NCBI GenBank assembly: GCA_030583745.1
Contig: CP129473.1
Span: forward strand, 204,551 to 268,550
Origin: Minisyncoccota bacterium
GTDB taxonomy: Bacteria; Patescibacteriota; Minisyncoccia; Phycocordibacterales; BOKC01
Reading direction: 5' to 3'
DNA: 64,000 nt
The translations under genes were made by a program, and so were the position numbers. Of this stretch, positions 29,997 to 38,285 are shown piece after piece. The notes under the pieces were generated by a model. The model ran no database searches and was not told the DNA's origin. It saw only the letters and a list, made by a program, of their open reading frames with translations. The stretch's first letter is position 1. Each line of letters begins with the position of its first letter.

Positions 29997-30446
29997 CTAA
30001 TTTCCATCACCCAAGAAACGCTGTGGAATTCCTAGAAATCTTAATACGCCAGATAGTTTAGTTTGAGTTTTATTTAAGATAACAAGAACAAAATTTTTAT
30101 TCTCCCGCAAGGCATTTAGTGCAAACCATATCAATCCTTTCTCTGAAAAATTAAGTTCCGAAAGTTGTGCCTCTTCTACTGAAAAATTCGGCAATACAGC
30201 ATATTGATTTGTTGGGAGCATTCCTGTTGTGGAAATAAGACCAGAATTTGAAAGGGTATTTTCAATATCCCTCATAGACTTGGTGTGGGTAGTTTCTGTT
30301 ATACATTCAACGCTTACGATTGTTTCTGATTGACCTATTGTGGCTTCCGAAAAAGACAAGGTGATCGCAGCTATTTCACTCTGTTCTGCAAAAACTCCAG
30401 TTGCAAAAGCATTTTCTTTGGTTGTTAGGAATAAATTATTTTCCAT
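29997..30446 (-). CDS. hypothetical protein (island cargo)
   Basis: 149-aa ORF convergent with the protease gene. Confidence 0.35.
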   Translation of the reverse strand: MENNLFLTTKENAFATGVFAEQSEIAAITLSFSEATIGQSETIVSVECITETTHTKSMRDIENTLSNSGLISTTGMLPTNQYAVLPNFSVEEAQLSELNFSEKGLIWFALNALRENKNFVLVILNKTQTKLSGVLRFLGIPQRFLGDGN

Positions 30447-30590
30447 TTCTAGATTTTAACATAACGGATAGGCAGATGCAAATTTTTCAAAAATTTAGTT
30501 TAGGGAGTCCCGCTCGCACCCCCTCTTCTCCTCTGCGAGCGGGCTTGCGCGCGAACGGGAGGGTGGGTCAAGCGCATTTGCATTCTGCCT

Positions 30591-30948
30591 CGGGTATTTC
30601 CGCTAGGAGCGTCCAGGGCTAAAGGACGAGCGCCGACGAAATAAGAATCTCTAAAATCTAAAGTTAAGATAAACTCGGATATGAAAACGAGGAAGGGGGT
30701 TGTGCAAGGGCGGACTCCGAAGGCACGTTAAACGAAGCCACAAAGCTCTACATAAAAAGAAAAGAAATAAAGCACTGAATACTCTAGTTAACCACTGCGA
30801 GGAGGAGACCGAAGCTGGGGGAAGGATTCCTTCCTTCCCCCAAACAGCGTCCTGCCCTCGCTCCCGCTCCGCAGAGCGGTAGAGCGAGGAATAGCAGGAC
30901 ACAAAGTAGTCTAGGCGCTCGTAGCCCTAGCGGAAATATCCGAGGCGA
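30591..30948. repeat. GC-rich structured element bounded by imperfect 20-35-bp inverted repeats (MITE or ncRNA-like)
   Basis: cctcgggtatttccgctagg at 30591-30610 versus cctagcggaaatatccgagg at 30929-30948; internal nested hairpin at 30849-30900 (gtcctgc/cctcgctc/ccgctc...). Confidence 0.6.
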
Positions 30949-31036
30949 ATGCCGAGGGCTTATCTCCTTTAGACTTGGACAACCACTAGCAGAGAAATAG
31001 CCGAGACAATTTTATGGTATGATGTATTTGCATTTT

Positions 31037-31299
31037 TGTCCGCCCCGAATTTCGCCAAAAGAAAACGGATGGAGCAAGCGGAGGATTCCTCCCCAGACCC
31101 CTCCTCCTCCGCTTGCGAAATCCGAAAGTAGTCGAGGTTTTGCGGAAACCATATCCCCAGAAAATTGCTTCCGCAAAACCGAGTCCATTGTTTAGAGCGT
31201 ACGAGGTAGTTTCGAGCCACCACGCGCGCGGAGCGTGCGATTAGTCGGCATCAGGATTTTGTTCGTAAAAAGTTCGGACTTTGTTTAAAAGACACCACC
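31037..31299. repeat. IR2-R: 263-bp arm, inverted copy of 25809-26071
   Basis: Direct comparison; ends in gacaccacc. Confidence 0.9.
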
Positions 31300-31387
31300 A
31301 TTCCGAATTTGAAGAAAGATTGACCTCACCCGCGCCAAAGGCGCGGGCTCGGGCTGATGTTTCTGTTGATGAGTTTTTGAAATAGCT

Positions 31388-32044
31388 ATGGATAATAAAA
31401 TTCAAAAAATTGTATATTTTATCCGCCACGGACAGAGTAAAGACAATGTTGCTCCGGTTTTTCAGTCGCCAGACTCGCCTTTGAATGAGAAAGGTAAAAG
31501 ACAAGCAGAAAGTATCGCACAAAGAGTTTCTAGACTTTCGTTCGATGCGCTTATTGCGAGTCCGTTTGAACGAGCGAAACAGACAACAGAAGCGATTGCA
31601 AAAGTCACAGGCAAAAAAGCAGAATATTCCGACCTCTTTGTTGAGCGGGTCAAGCCGAGCTACATCAATGGCAAACCTTATACAGACGAAAAGGCAAATA
31701 ATCTTTGGCGAGAGTGGGAAAAGAGTTTATATACACCCAATATGCGTGCCGAGGACGGCGAAAACTTTGACGACCTTATCGCGCGAGCAGACAAGGCTCT
31801 CACTTTTCTGAAAAACAGAACTGAAAAATCGCTTGTTGTCGTAACGCACGGATATTTTCTACGAACGATTGTTGCGCGTGTTCTGCTCGGCGATTTACTT
31901 TCAGGCGAGGCATTTAGAAATATACAGAGAACAGCGGCTATGGAAAATACTGGACTTACTGTTTTGCAATACCGCGAGGGCTTTGAAGAAAAACCAGCAT
32001 GGCGTTTATGGATATACAATGACCATGCACATTTAGCTGATTAA
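31388..32044 (+). CDS. histidine phosphatase family protein (phosphoglycerate-mutase-like)
   Basis: IRHGQS catalytic motif near the N-terminus. Confidence 0.75.
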   Translation: MDNKIQKIVYFIRHGQSKDNVAPVFQSPDSPLNEKGKRQAESIAQRVSRLSFDALIASPFERAKQTTEAIAKVTGKKAEYSDLFVERVKPSYINGKPYTDEKANNLWREWEKSLYTPNMRAEDGENFDDLIARADKALTFLKNRTEKSLVVVTHGYFLRTIVARVLLGDLLSGEAFRNIQRTAAMENTGLTVLQYREGFEEKPAWRLWIYNDHAHLAD

Positions 32045-32048
32045 ACTT

Positions 32049-32372
32049 ATGGAAACAAAAAATGTAAAATTCGTTGTCTTCGTTCCACTCTCTCACGCTG
32101 ATATTGTGCGCCAAGCTCTCGGCGAAGCCGGAGCTGGGAAAATTGGAAACTATGACTTCTGCTCTTTTTCTTCTCGTGGCACTGGGCGTTTTCGTGGAAA
32201 CGAAAAGACCAGTCCTGCTATTGGGAAAGCTGAAAATTATGAGGCGGTAGAAGAAGAAAGAATTGAAGCTATTGTGCCACGAGCAATTTTGAAAGAAGTC
32301 GTTGAAAAAGTAAAAGCGATTCACCCATACGAGGAAGTTGCCTTTGATATTTATCCATTGGAAACATTATGA
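32049..32372 (+). CDS. PII/CutA-fold small protein (COG3323-like, Nif3-insert-type domain)
   Basis: VKFVVFVP...GAGKIGNYDFCSF..GTGRFRG...HPYEEVAFDIYPLE pattern. Confidence 0.45.
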   Translation: METKNVKFVVFVPLSHADIVRQALGEAGAGKIGNYDFCSFSSRGTGRFRGNEKTSPAIGKAENYEAVEEERIEAIVPRAILKEVVEKVKAIHPYEEVAFDIYPLETL

Positions 32373-32950
32373 ATATTTTAATTTTCGGGGACAGCATAAC
32401 TTGGGGCGCATACGATCCAGAGCAAGGCGGCTGGGCTACTCGCCTACGAAATTATTTTGAAGCACAAGACAACGATATTGATGTTTACAATCTTGGTATT
32501 TCTGGCGACACCACAGCCGACTTGCTCGAACGAATTGAAGTGGAAGCGAAATCGCGCGAGCCGAACTTGATAATTTTTGCTATTGGAATCAATGATGCGC
32601 AGTATATCCATTCTACAAACGGCTTGCGCGTTTCGCTTGATGAATTTCAACAAAATCTCGCAAAACTTTTTTCTATCGCCAAGAAATTTACCAGTGAGGT
32701 TGTATTCGTTGGTCTAACGCGGGTAGATGAATCAAAAACCACCCCCATCCCGTGGAACACTGACAAATCCTATACCAACGAAAACATCGAGCGACTTGAT
32801 AGCGCGATTGAGAAGTTTTGCAAGGACAACAAGCTGAAATTCATCCCAATGGAAAGCGTCGTCGAAAACGACGACCTTATTGACGGACTTCATCCGAATA
32901 CTGTAGGTCATACCAAAATGTTTGAAAGGATAAAGTCCGAAATTAAATAG
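32369..32950 (+). CDS. SGNH/GDSL hydrolase family protein
   Basis: N-terminal ILIFGDSITWG block and a C-terminal DGLHPN block. Confidence 0.75.
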   Translation: MNILIFGDSITWGAYDPEQGGWATRLRNYFEAQDNDIDVYNLGISGDTTADLLERIEVEAKSREPNLIIFAIGINDAQYIHSTNGLRVSLDEFQQNLAKLFSIAKKFTSEVVFVGLTRVDESKTTPIPWNTDKSYTNENIERLDSAIEKFCKDNKLKFIPMESVVENDDLIDGLHPNTVGHTKMFERIKSEIK

Positions 32951-32983
32951 CCGCCAATTTTTTCAAAAAAGAAAGCCGAAGCC

Positions 32984-33071
32984 CACGCGGATTCCTCCCC
33001 GAGACCTCGCTCCTCCGCGTGGGCAAGTCCGTCGCCCCGCCTCCTTTGCCCCAGAAAAATAGTGGCGGGGC
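32984..33071. repeat. two GC-rich hairpins of the GGAGGAATCC repeat family between convergent genes; bidirectional terminator candidates
   Basis: cccacgcggattcctcccc...ctcctccgcgtggg and cgccccgcc...ggcggggcg. Confidence 0.6.
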
Positions 33072-33176
33072 GCATCAGAAGTTCCGTTCAAAAAAAGTTC
33101 GAGCAAATACTAGAATAACACTACCAAACAAAACTTGTTCAGAATTAAAGAAGCGGAGCGATTTTGCGGGAGCCGC

Positions 33177-34541
33177 CTAAACAGCGGAGTTTTGTTTCTT
33201 CAATAACTTAGTCAAGATTGAAGGAACAACAAGAGTAGTCAAAATAACCATAATAACTATCACCGAGAAAATAGAATCAGAAATAACCCCGAGCGACAAA
33301 CCGATCGAGGCAAAAATCAAGCCAACCTCACCGCGTGGCACCATACCCCAACCAACAAGCATCCGACTACCTTTTTCAGCCGCCAAACCAGCCATAATTT
33401 TACCGACAAAAGCAATCACGGTTATCGCTAAAGCGACCAAAAGTATTTTAGTGTCAAAAAGAGTCTCAAGTCTAACCCCCATTCCAACCATAATGAAAAA
33501 AATAGGGACTAAAAAGTGGGCGATTGGTTCCATCAATTCTTCAACATGCCGATGAGCATGAGTGTGTATATTTTCTGAAATCTTATTTTTCAACTCACTT
33601 TCGGGAGCGTTTTCAATCGCTTTTTTCATGTCATCAACAATCAAGGGATCTTTAAATGATTTGAAATGCACCGGGTCCAAAACCAAGCCGGCTGCAAAAG
33701 CGCCGATAATCGGCGCCAAACCAATCTGATTGGCAGCGTAGGCAAAAAACAAACAAAAACCGAAAGCTAAAGAAAATTTCATGCTGACTCCATTATGGAT
33801 TTTTGAAAACATCCGACCAATATACGGAGCAGAAATCTGACCAACAACAATAGAACCAATTAAAAACAAAATGGCCTTGGCGATAATCCAAGAGATAACT
33901 CCGAGCGATACCGCGCCCACGGTTGCTATAGCAGAAATCACTGCCAAGATAATCAGGCCCAATACGTCGTCTATAACAGCTGCACCTAAAACTACTTGGG
34001 CGGCTGGTAATTGTAATTTACCCAAATCCTTAAAAACCCTGGCAGTAATACCAACAGAAGTAGCAGTCAAAGCGGCGCCCAAGAAAAGATAGGCAATAGT
34101 TGGTTGTCCGGGCAAAAGCAGAGGACCGGCAAAATAAGTTCCAAGAACAAATGGCAAGACGACACCGATAACCGCCACAGCAAAAGCTCTGACCCCAACT
34201 TTTTTCATCTTCTGGATATTAGATTCAAGACCAACTTGGAAAAGGAGTATCACAACGCCAAGTTCTGCCAAAAATTTTATTATTCCGTTTTCTTTTATCG
34301 GTTCAAAGATGGTTATACCCAAAAGAACCAAGTTTCCCAGAACAACACCCATCACAAGTTCACCCAAGACTGACGGTTGACCAAACTTCTCAACCATAGC
34401 TGAAACTTTAGCGGCGACCAAAATAACAGCGATCATTAAAAAAACAACAGTAATTTCTCCATTCCCGGCAGCAGCCAAAGAAACAAGTGGGAAGAGAAGC
34501 AAAAGCAAAGGCAGGGCTAAAAATAAAGGTATTTTCTTCAT
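33177..34541 (-). CDS. cation:proton antiporter (CPA family, Na+/H+ exchanger-like)
   Basis: 454 aa with about 12 TMs and Na_H_Exchanger-type motifs. Confidence 0.8.
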   Translation of the reverse strand: MKKIPLFLALPLLLLLFPLVSLAAAGNGEITVVFLMIAVILVAAKVSAMVEKFGQPSVLGELVMGVVLGNLVLLGITIFEPIKENGIIKFLAELGVVILLFQVGLESNIQKMKKVGVRAFAVAVIGVVLPFVLGTYFAGPLLLPGQPTIAYLFLGAALTATSVGITARVFKDLGKLQLPAAQVVLGAAVIDDVLGLIILAVISAIATVGAVSLGVISWIIAKAILFLIGSIVVGQISAPYIGRMFSKIHNGVSMKFSLAFGFCLFFAYAANQIGLAPIIGAFAAGLVLDPVHFKSFKDPLIVDDMKKAIENAPESELKNKISENIHTHAHRHVEELMEPIAHFLVPIFFIMVGMGVRLETLFDTKILLVALAITVIAFVGKIMAGLAAEKGSRMLVGWGMVPRGEVGLIFASIGLSLGVISDSIFSVIVIMVILTTLVVPSILTKLLKKQNSAV

Positions 34542-34710
34542 AAAAATTAAATAAAAAAGAAGCGTGACGCCCTTTTATCTGTTATTATCTGTCGTGTTTG
34601 TCGAACACAACAACAGCAATCTTACACGATTTCCAAAAAAATAAAATCTTGACTGTGGATAAACCAGAAAAACAAAAAACAATTTTCCTTATGACTGGTA
34701 TAATTCAGTA

Positions 34711-35889
34711 ATGCCAACTTTTTTCTCTTTTTTCATAATTCTTCTGGTGGCGGTAGTTTTCTCACAGCTTTTTTCAAAAATGAGAATACCGTGGGTAGTT
34801 GCTCTTATTGTGGGCGGAATGGCAATAGGGCCGAGCGGTCTTGGTCTTTTTGAACTTGACGCAACGATAAGTTTTCTAGCTCAAATCGGACTGATTTTTT
34901 TGATGTTTATGGCCGGCCTTGAGTCACGCTTTTCAGACACTGCCGGAATAAAAAGTAAAATTATTTTAATCGCGATATTTATAGGATTGTTTCCGGCATT
35001 GGTTGGAATAGGAATAGGATTCTATTCCGGAGCAGAATGGTCAGCTTCAATTTTGATTGGGATTATCTTTATGTCTTCAGCGATTGCCCTGCTTATTCCT
35101 CAATTCCAATCTCAAAAAATAATCGGGACAGACCTCGGGAAAACAATAGTAAATGCCGCAATCATTATTGATGCCATAAGTCTGATCTTGCTCTCAATTT
35201 TTCTTCAATCAATAAACGATACTTTAAATTTCTGGAATTTAATTATCTACCCATTACTTTTACTGGCTTTTGCCGGATTTTTTCATATAGTACCAAAAAT
35301 CAGGTGGCTAACATTTTCTGAAGATTATCCGGAAGAACAAGACTTGTTCGAAAAAGAATTAAGGTTTGTAATACTGATTCTAATCGGTTCTGTAGTCTTC
35401 TTTGAGTTGGTTGGACTACATGCGATTGTTGCCGGATTTTTTGCCGGATTGATTCTATCAAGAGCAATGCAAAGTCGCTTGTTAAAAGCCAAACTGCACG
35501 CCGTCGGCTACGGTTTTTTCGTGCCGGTCTTTTTTGTCGTTGTCGGAGCCAACACCAATATTTCAGTTTTTTGGGAAAAAGGGAATTATAGTTCTTTGTT
35601 TTTAGCCACAAGTATAATTTTGGGGCTTCTAATTTCCAAATTCATCAGCGGATTTCTGGCTGGAAAAATCTCTAAATTTAATAATCGGGAAAGCGTGTTT
35701 CTTGGTGTCGCCGTAACGCCACAACTTTCTACGTCTCTTGCGGTGGCTTTCTTGGGTTTTGGTTATGGGATAATCAGCCAAGAACTTCTCTCCTCAATAG
35801 TCGCCCTAACTATAACCACAAGTATTATCGCGCCAATAACAATAAATATTTTAAGTCAGAGACTCCAAAAGAAAGAGGTGGTAGAATAA
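34711..35889 (+). CDS. cation:proton antiporter (CPA2-like)
   Basis: 392-aa polytopic membrane protein, divergently transcribed from the previous antiporter. Confidence 0.7.
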   Translation: MPTFFSFFIILLVAVVFSQLFSKMRIPWVVALIVGGMAIGPSGLGLFELDATISFLAQIGLIFLMFMAGLESRFSDTAGIKSKIILIAIFIGLFPALVGIGIGFYSGAEWSASILIGIIFMSSAIALLIPQFQSQKIIGTDLGKTIVNAAIIIDAISLILLSIFLQSINDTLNFWNLIIYPLLLLAFAGFFHIVPKIRWLTFSEDYPEEQDLFEKELRFVILILIGSVVFFELVGLHAIVAGFFAGLILSRAMQSRLLKAKLHAVGYGFFVPVFFVVVGANTNISVFWEKGNYSSLFLATSIILGLLISKFISGFLAGKISKFNNRESVFLGVAVTPQLSTSLAVAFLGFGYGIISQELLSSIVALTITTSIIAPITINILSQRLQKKEVVE

Positions 35890-36168
35890 AGGCTCCCCGG
35901 GGCAAAGCCATAGGGTATTATCGGAACTCGCTTTACTCGTTCATTCGCGCGACAGAGCCGCGCGGTATTGAACCTATATTAGCTCCTCTATTAGCTCCTC
36001 GGCCGTCGGCACGATGGAGTCGGCCTTTGGCCAGACGAAGTCAGCCGTCGGCACGACGGAGTCAGCTCGGAAATGTGAAAGCTTTGCTTTCCCATTTCTC
36101 TCGCTCTACGTCACGAACAAAAACCCCCAAAATAAGAGAGTTAAAAAAGACTTGATTAAAACCGAAAC

Positions 36169-36324
36169 TTAGCTTTTCGGCAAAATCTTGTACATCCCTG
36201 TGCTACAATTAGTGCAAGTGCCTTTAGCGGCTGGGCGCCCCGGTTTTATTTCAACCTTCTGGACGTCCTTCATCTCACGCTTGTCTTTACACTTAACACA
36301 ATATCCGATAACTTTTTCTTCCAT
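36169..36324 (-). CDS. small zinc-ribbon protein (DUF5679-like), 51 aa; below the ORF-track length cutoff
   Basis: Minus-strand ATG at 36324, giving MEEKVIGYCVKCKDKREMKDVQKVEIKPGRPAAKGTCTNCSTGMYKILPKS with CxxC...CxxC. Confidence 0.5.
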   Translation of the reverse strand: MEEKVIGYCVKCKDKREMKDVQKVEIKPGRPAAKGTCTNCSTGMYKILPKS

Positions 36325-36441
36325 ATGTTAAATATATCACAATAAAAGTATGTCGACAATCTTTTATCCACAATTTTAAAAATTCAAAAAATTGACAATA
36401 AAAACGAATTATGGAAAACTTCTAATCCAGATTCGCTCCTA

Positions 36442-36807
36442 GTGTGGGGGCGGAAGAGGGAACACAGACAACAGATGGAGAATCTCATGTCTGGAAGAAC
36501 AGGGGTGGCAAGAGCTGCTGTCCGCACGTCGAGAGAGAAGGGGAGGAAAAAGCCACCCGGCGGTGGCCGACCGGTTCGACTGGACAAAGAGAAGGCGAAA
36601 GAAATCGCCCGAGCACTTCGTCGAGACGGGGCCATCGATCGGACGGAAGAAGTCAAGCTCCGTGCCAACCTCATCAATGGCAATCAAGTGCCAGAAGAGA
36701 TGATGGGGCAGATCGAAAAGCATTCCTCGGACTTCGCAAATAAAATCCGAGATCTCCAGAATCCGGAGGATGGATCGGCGACAACCGTCAAGATCAGGGC
36801 CTTCTAA
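36442..36807 (+). CDS. hypothetical protein (GC-rich); true start possibly the internal Met at 36475
   Basis: ORF followed by a perfect 20-nt palindromic hairpin plus T-run terminator at 36824-36850. Confidence 0.35.
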   Translation: MWGRKREHRQQMENLMSGRTGVARAAVRTSREKGRKKPPGGGRPVRLDKEKAKEIARALRRDGAIDRTEEVKLRANLINGNQVPEEMMGQIEKHSSDFANKIRDLQNPEDGSATTVKIRAF

Positions 36808-36823
36808 CATTCGTTCCCACGAC

Positions 36824-36850
36824 GGGAGGCGCTAGCGCCTCCCGTTTTTT
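36824..36850 (+). terminator. intrinsic terminator (perfect 20-nt palindromic hairpin plus T-run)
   Basis: gggaggcgctagcgcctccc gtttttt. Confidence 0.75.
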
Positions 36851-36922
36851 GACAAAAATTTAATTTGTGTAATAATGCCAAAGGAACTTTTGTTTGCCTG
36901 AAGGCAAAGAAGGGAGGATTCT

Positions 36923-37312
36923 GTGGGGCGCCCGACAGCAGAAATGATCAAGATCGCAAACAGATTCAATGCCCAGATGGAAAGGGGAAGCAGGCCGACC
37001 AAAAGGAAGTCGAGGAAAAACAAACCAGGGAATGGGGGTAGGGGTCTAGTCAAAGTGGAGAAAGATTCGCCAGAGTGGAACAGAATCTTGGTGATTCTGG
37101 AAAAAACCTGGGCCGGATACATGGGCTTGCACAACGCCGGCGGACACGCTGAATCCAGAAAAAACCAGTTGTTGAATTCGCTTGAGAGAGGGAATCCGGT
37201 CTCAAACAAAATCATGAGGAACTTCCCAACAGGAATCCAACAGGAGATCAAGGCCATACAAAAGGGGGAGTGGACACCGGGGATGCACCTTGAAAAGGTG
37301 CTGAACACATAG
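36923..37312 (+). CDS. hypothetical protein (GC-rich)
   Basis: 129-aa ORF followed by a terminator hairpin ggcgcaggt...acctgcgcc plus T-run. Confidence 0.35.
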   Translation: MGRPTAEMIKIANRFNAQMERGSRPTKRKSRKNKPGNGGRGLVKVEKDSPEWNRILVILEKTWAGYMGLHNAGGHAESRKNQLLNSLERGNPVSNKIMRNFPTGIQQEIKAIQKGEWTPGMHLEKVLNT

Positions 37313-37353
37313 AACGATCGAGGCGCAGGTAAAAACAAACCTGCGCCTTCTTT

Positions 37354-38229
37354 TTAACTATTTGACTTAACGAAATTTAACAACTTCAAACAACCTACTT
37401 TGTTCTCGGCACCAGCGGTTAATCGAATTAATGGTTCGGTATTTGAAGCTCGTAAGTTGATAAAACTGTCCTTAAAAACCAAACTTATTCCATCTCTTCT
37501 CTCAATTTTTGCTTTTTTGATTATTGCAATTTTTTTAGCTTCCTGCTCATAGATTTTGAAATCGGCATTTTTAATTTCAATCGCTTGGATTGAAAAAACA
37601 GGCAAGCTTTTTAGAAATTCAGACAATAACCCATTTTGAGAAATAAAATTACACATTTTTATCAAAGCCAACATACCGGAATCAGCATAAAAGAAATCTT
37701 TGAAATAAAAGTGACCGGAGTATTCGGCCGAAACATTGGCCTTGTGTTTTTGCATTTCCGTTTTCACGTAATAAGAACCGACTTTTGAAGGCAGTAAATC
37801 TTTGCTCGAAAAAATTTTAAGAAGTCGGAGAGATTGATAAACTAGTTCATCAGCCACAAAAGGCGGTCTAGAGGCCTTGAATAAGACTATCGAAGTTAAA
37901 TAGGAGGGAAGCGTCTGGCCTTTGTCGTCTATAAAAAATATTCGATCGGCGTCGGCGTCGAAAACCGCGCCCAGATCGGCTTTTTCTTTCAAAACTCGTT
38001 TAGAAGCTTCTTCCATCGCGCCTTGCGCCAATGGATTCGGACCATGAGCTGGAAAATTACCGTCGGGCTTTTGGTTTATAAGAATTAATTTTATTTTCGA
38101 ATTATTTTTAAAAGTTTCTCTTAAAATCGGTCCAGCAGTGCCGTTCGAAGCGTCGCAAACCACCTTTAGAGGCCGATTTACTTTTAAGTGTTTCTTTAAA
38201 AATTTTACGTAAAGTTGCAAGTAAGTCAT
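37354..38229 (-). CDS. phosphoglucomutase/phosphomannomutase, domains II-IV fragment (C-terminal part of a split gene)
   Basis: DADADR metal loop, AEYSGH sugar loop and RASNTEP phosphate loop; 56-nt gap and a frame change relative to the upstream fragment. Confidence 0.75.
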   Translation of the reverse strand: MTYLQLYVKFLKKHLKVNRPLKVVCDASNGTAGPILRETFKNNSKIKLILINQKPDGNFPAHGPNPLAQGAMEEASKRVLKEKADLGAVFDADADRIFFIDDKGQTLPSYLTSIVLFKASRPPFVADELVYQSLRLLKIFSSKDLLPSKVGSYYVKTEMQKHKANVSAEYSGHFYFKDFFYADSGMLALIKMCNFISQNGLLSEFLKSLPVFSIQAIEIKNADFKIYEQEAKKIAIIKKAKIERRDGISLVFKDSFINLRASNTEPLIRLTAGAENKVGCLKLLNFVKSNS

Positions 38230-38285
38230 ATTTTTAGGATGATATAGGATATTAGGGCTTTAGAAATTTTCCTAGCGTCTAGTGC

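Larger units (their letters stand above)
23999..31299. mobile_element. recombinase/restriction-modification island adjacent to tRNA-Ala(GGC), built from two inverted-repeat-bounded modules
   Basis: tRNA boundary, large serine recombinase, two pairs of long perfect inverted repeats, R-M cargo, and a return to host-like genes after 31300. Confidence 0.55.

Noticed and set aside
31241-31522. 93-aa minus-strand ORF
   Set aside because: It overlaps the end of IR2-R and the start of the histidine-phosphatase gene on the other strand. It has no motifs and is likely spurious.
36001-36064. Possible CRISPR array
   Set aside because: There are only two 24-bp direct repeats, with a 16-bp spacer, and no cas genes anywhere in the window. 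This is not a CRISPR array. No other repeat-spacer structure was found.
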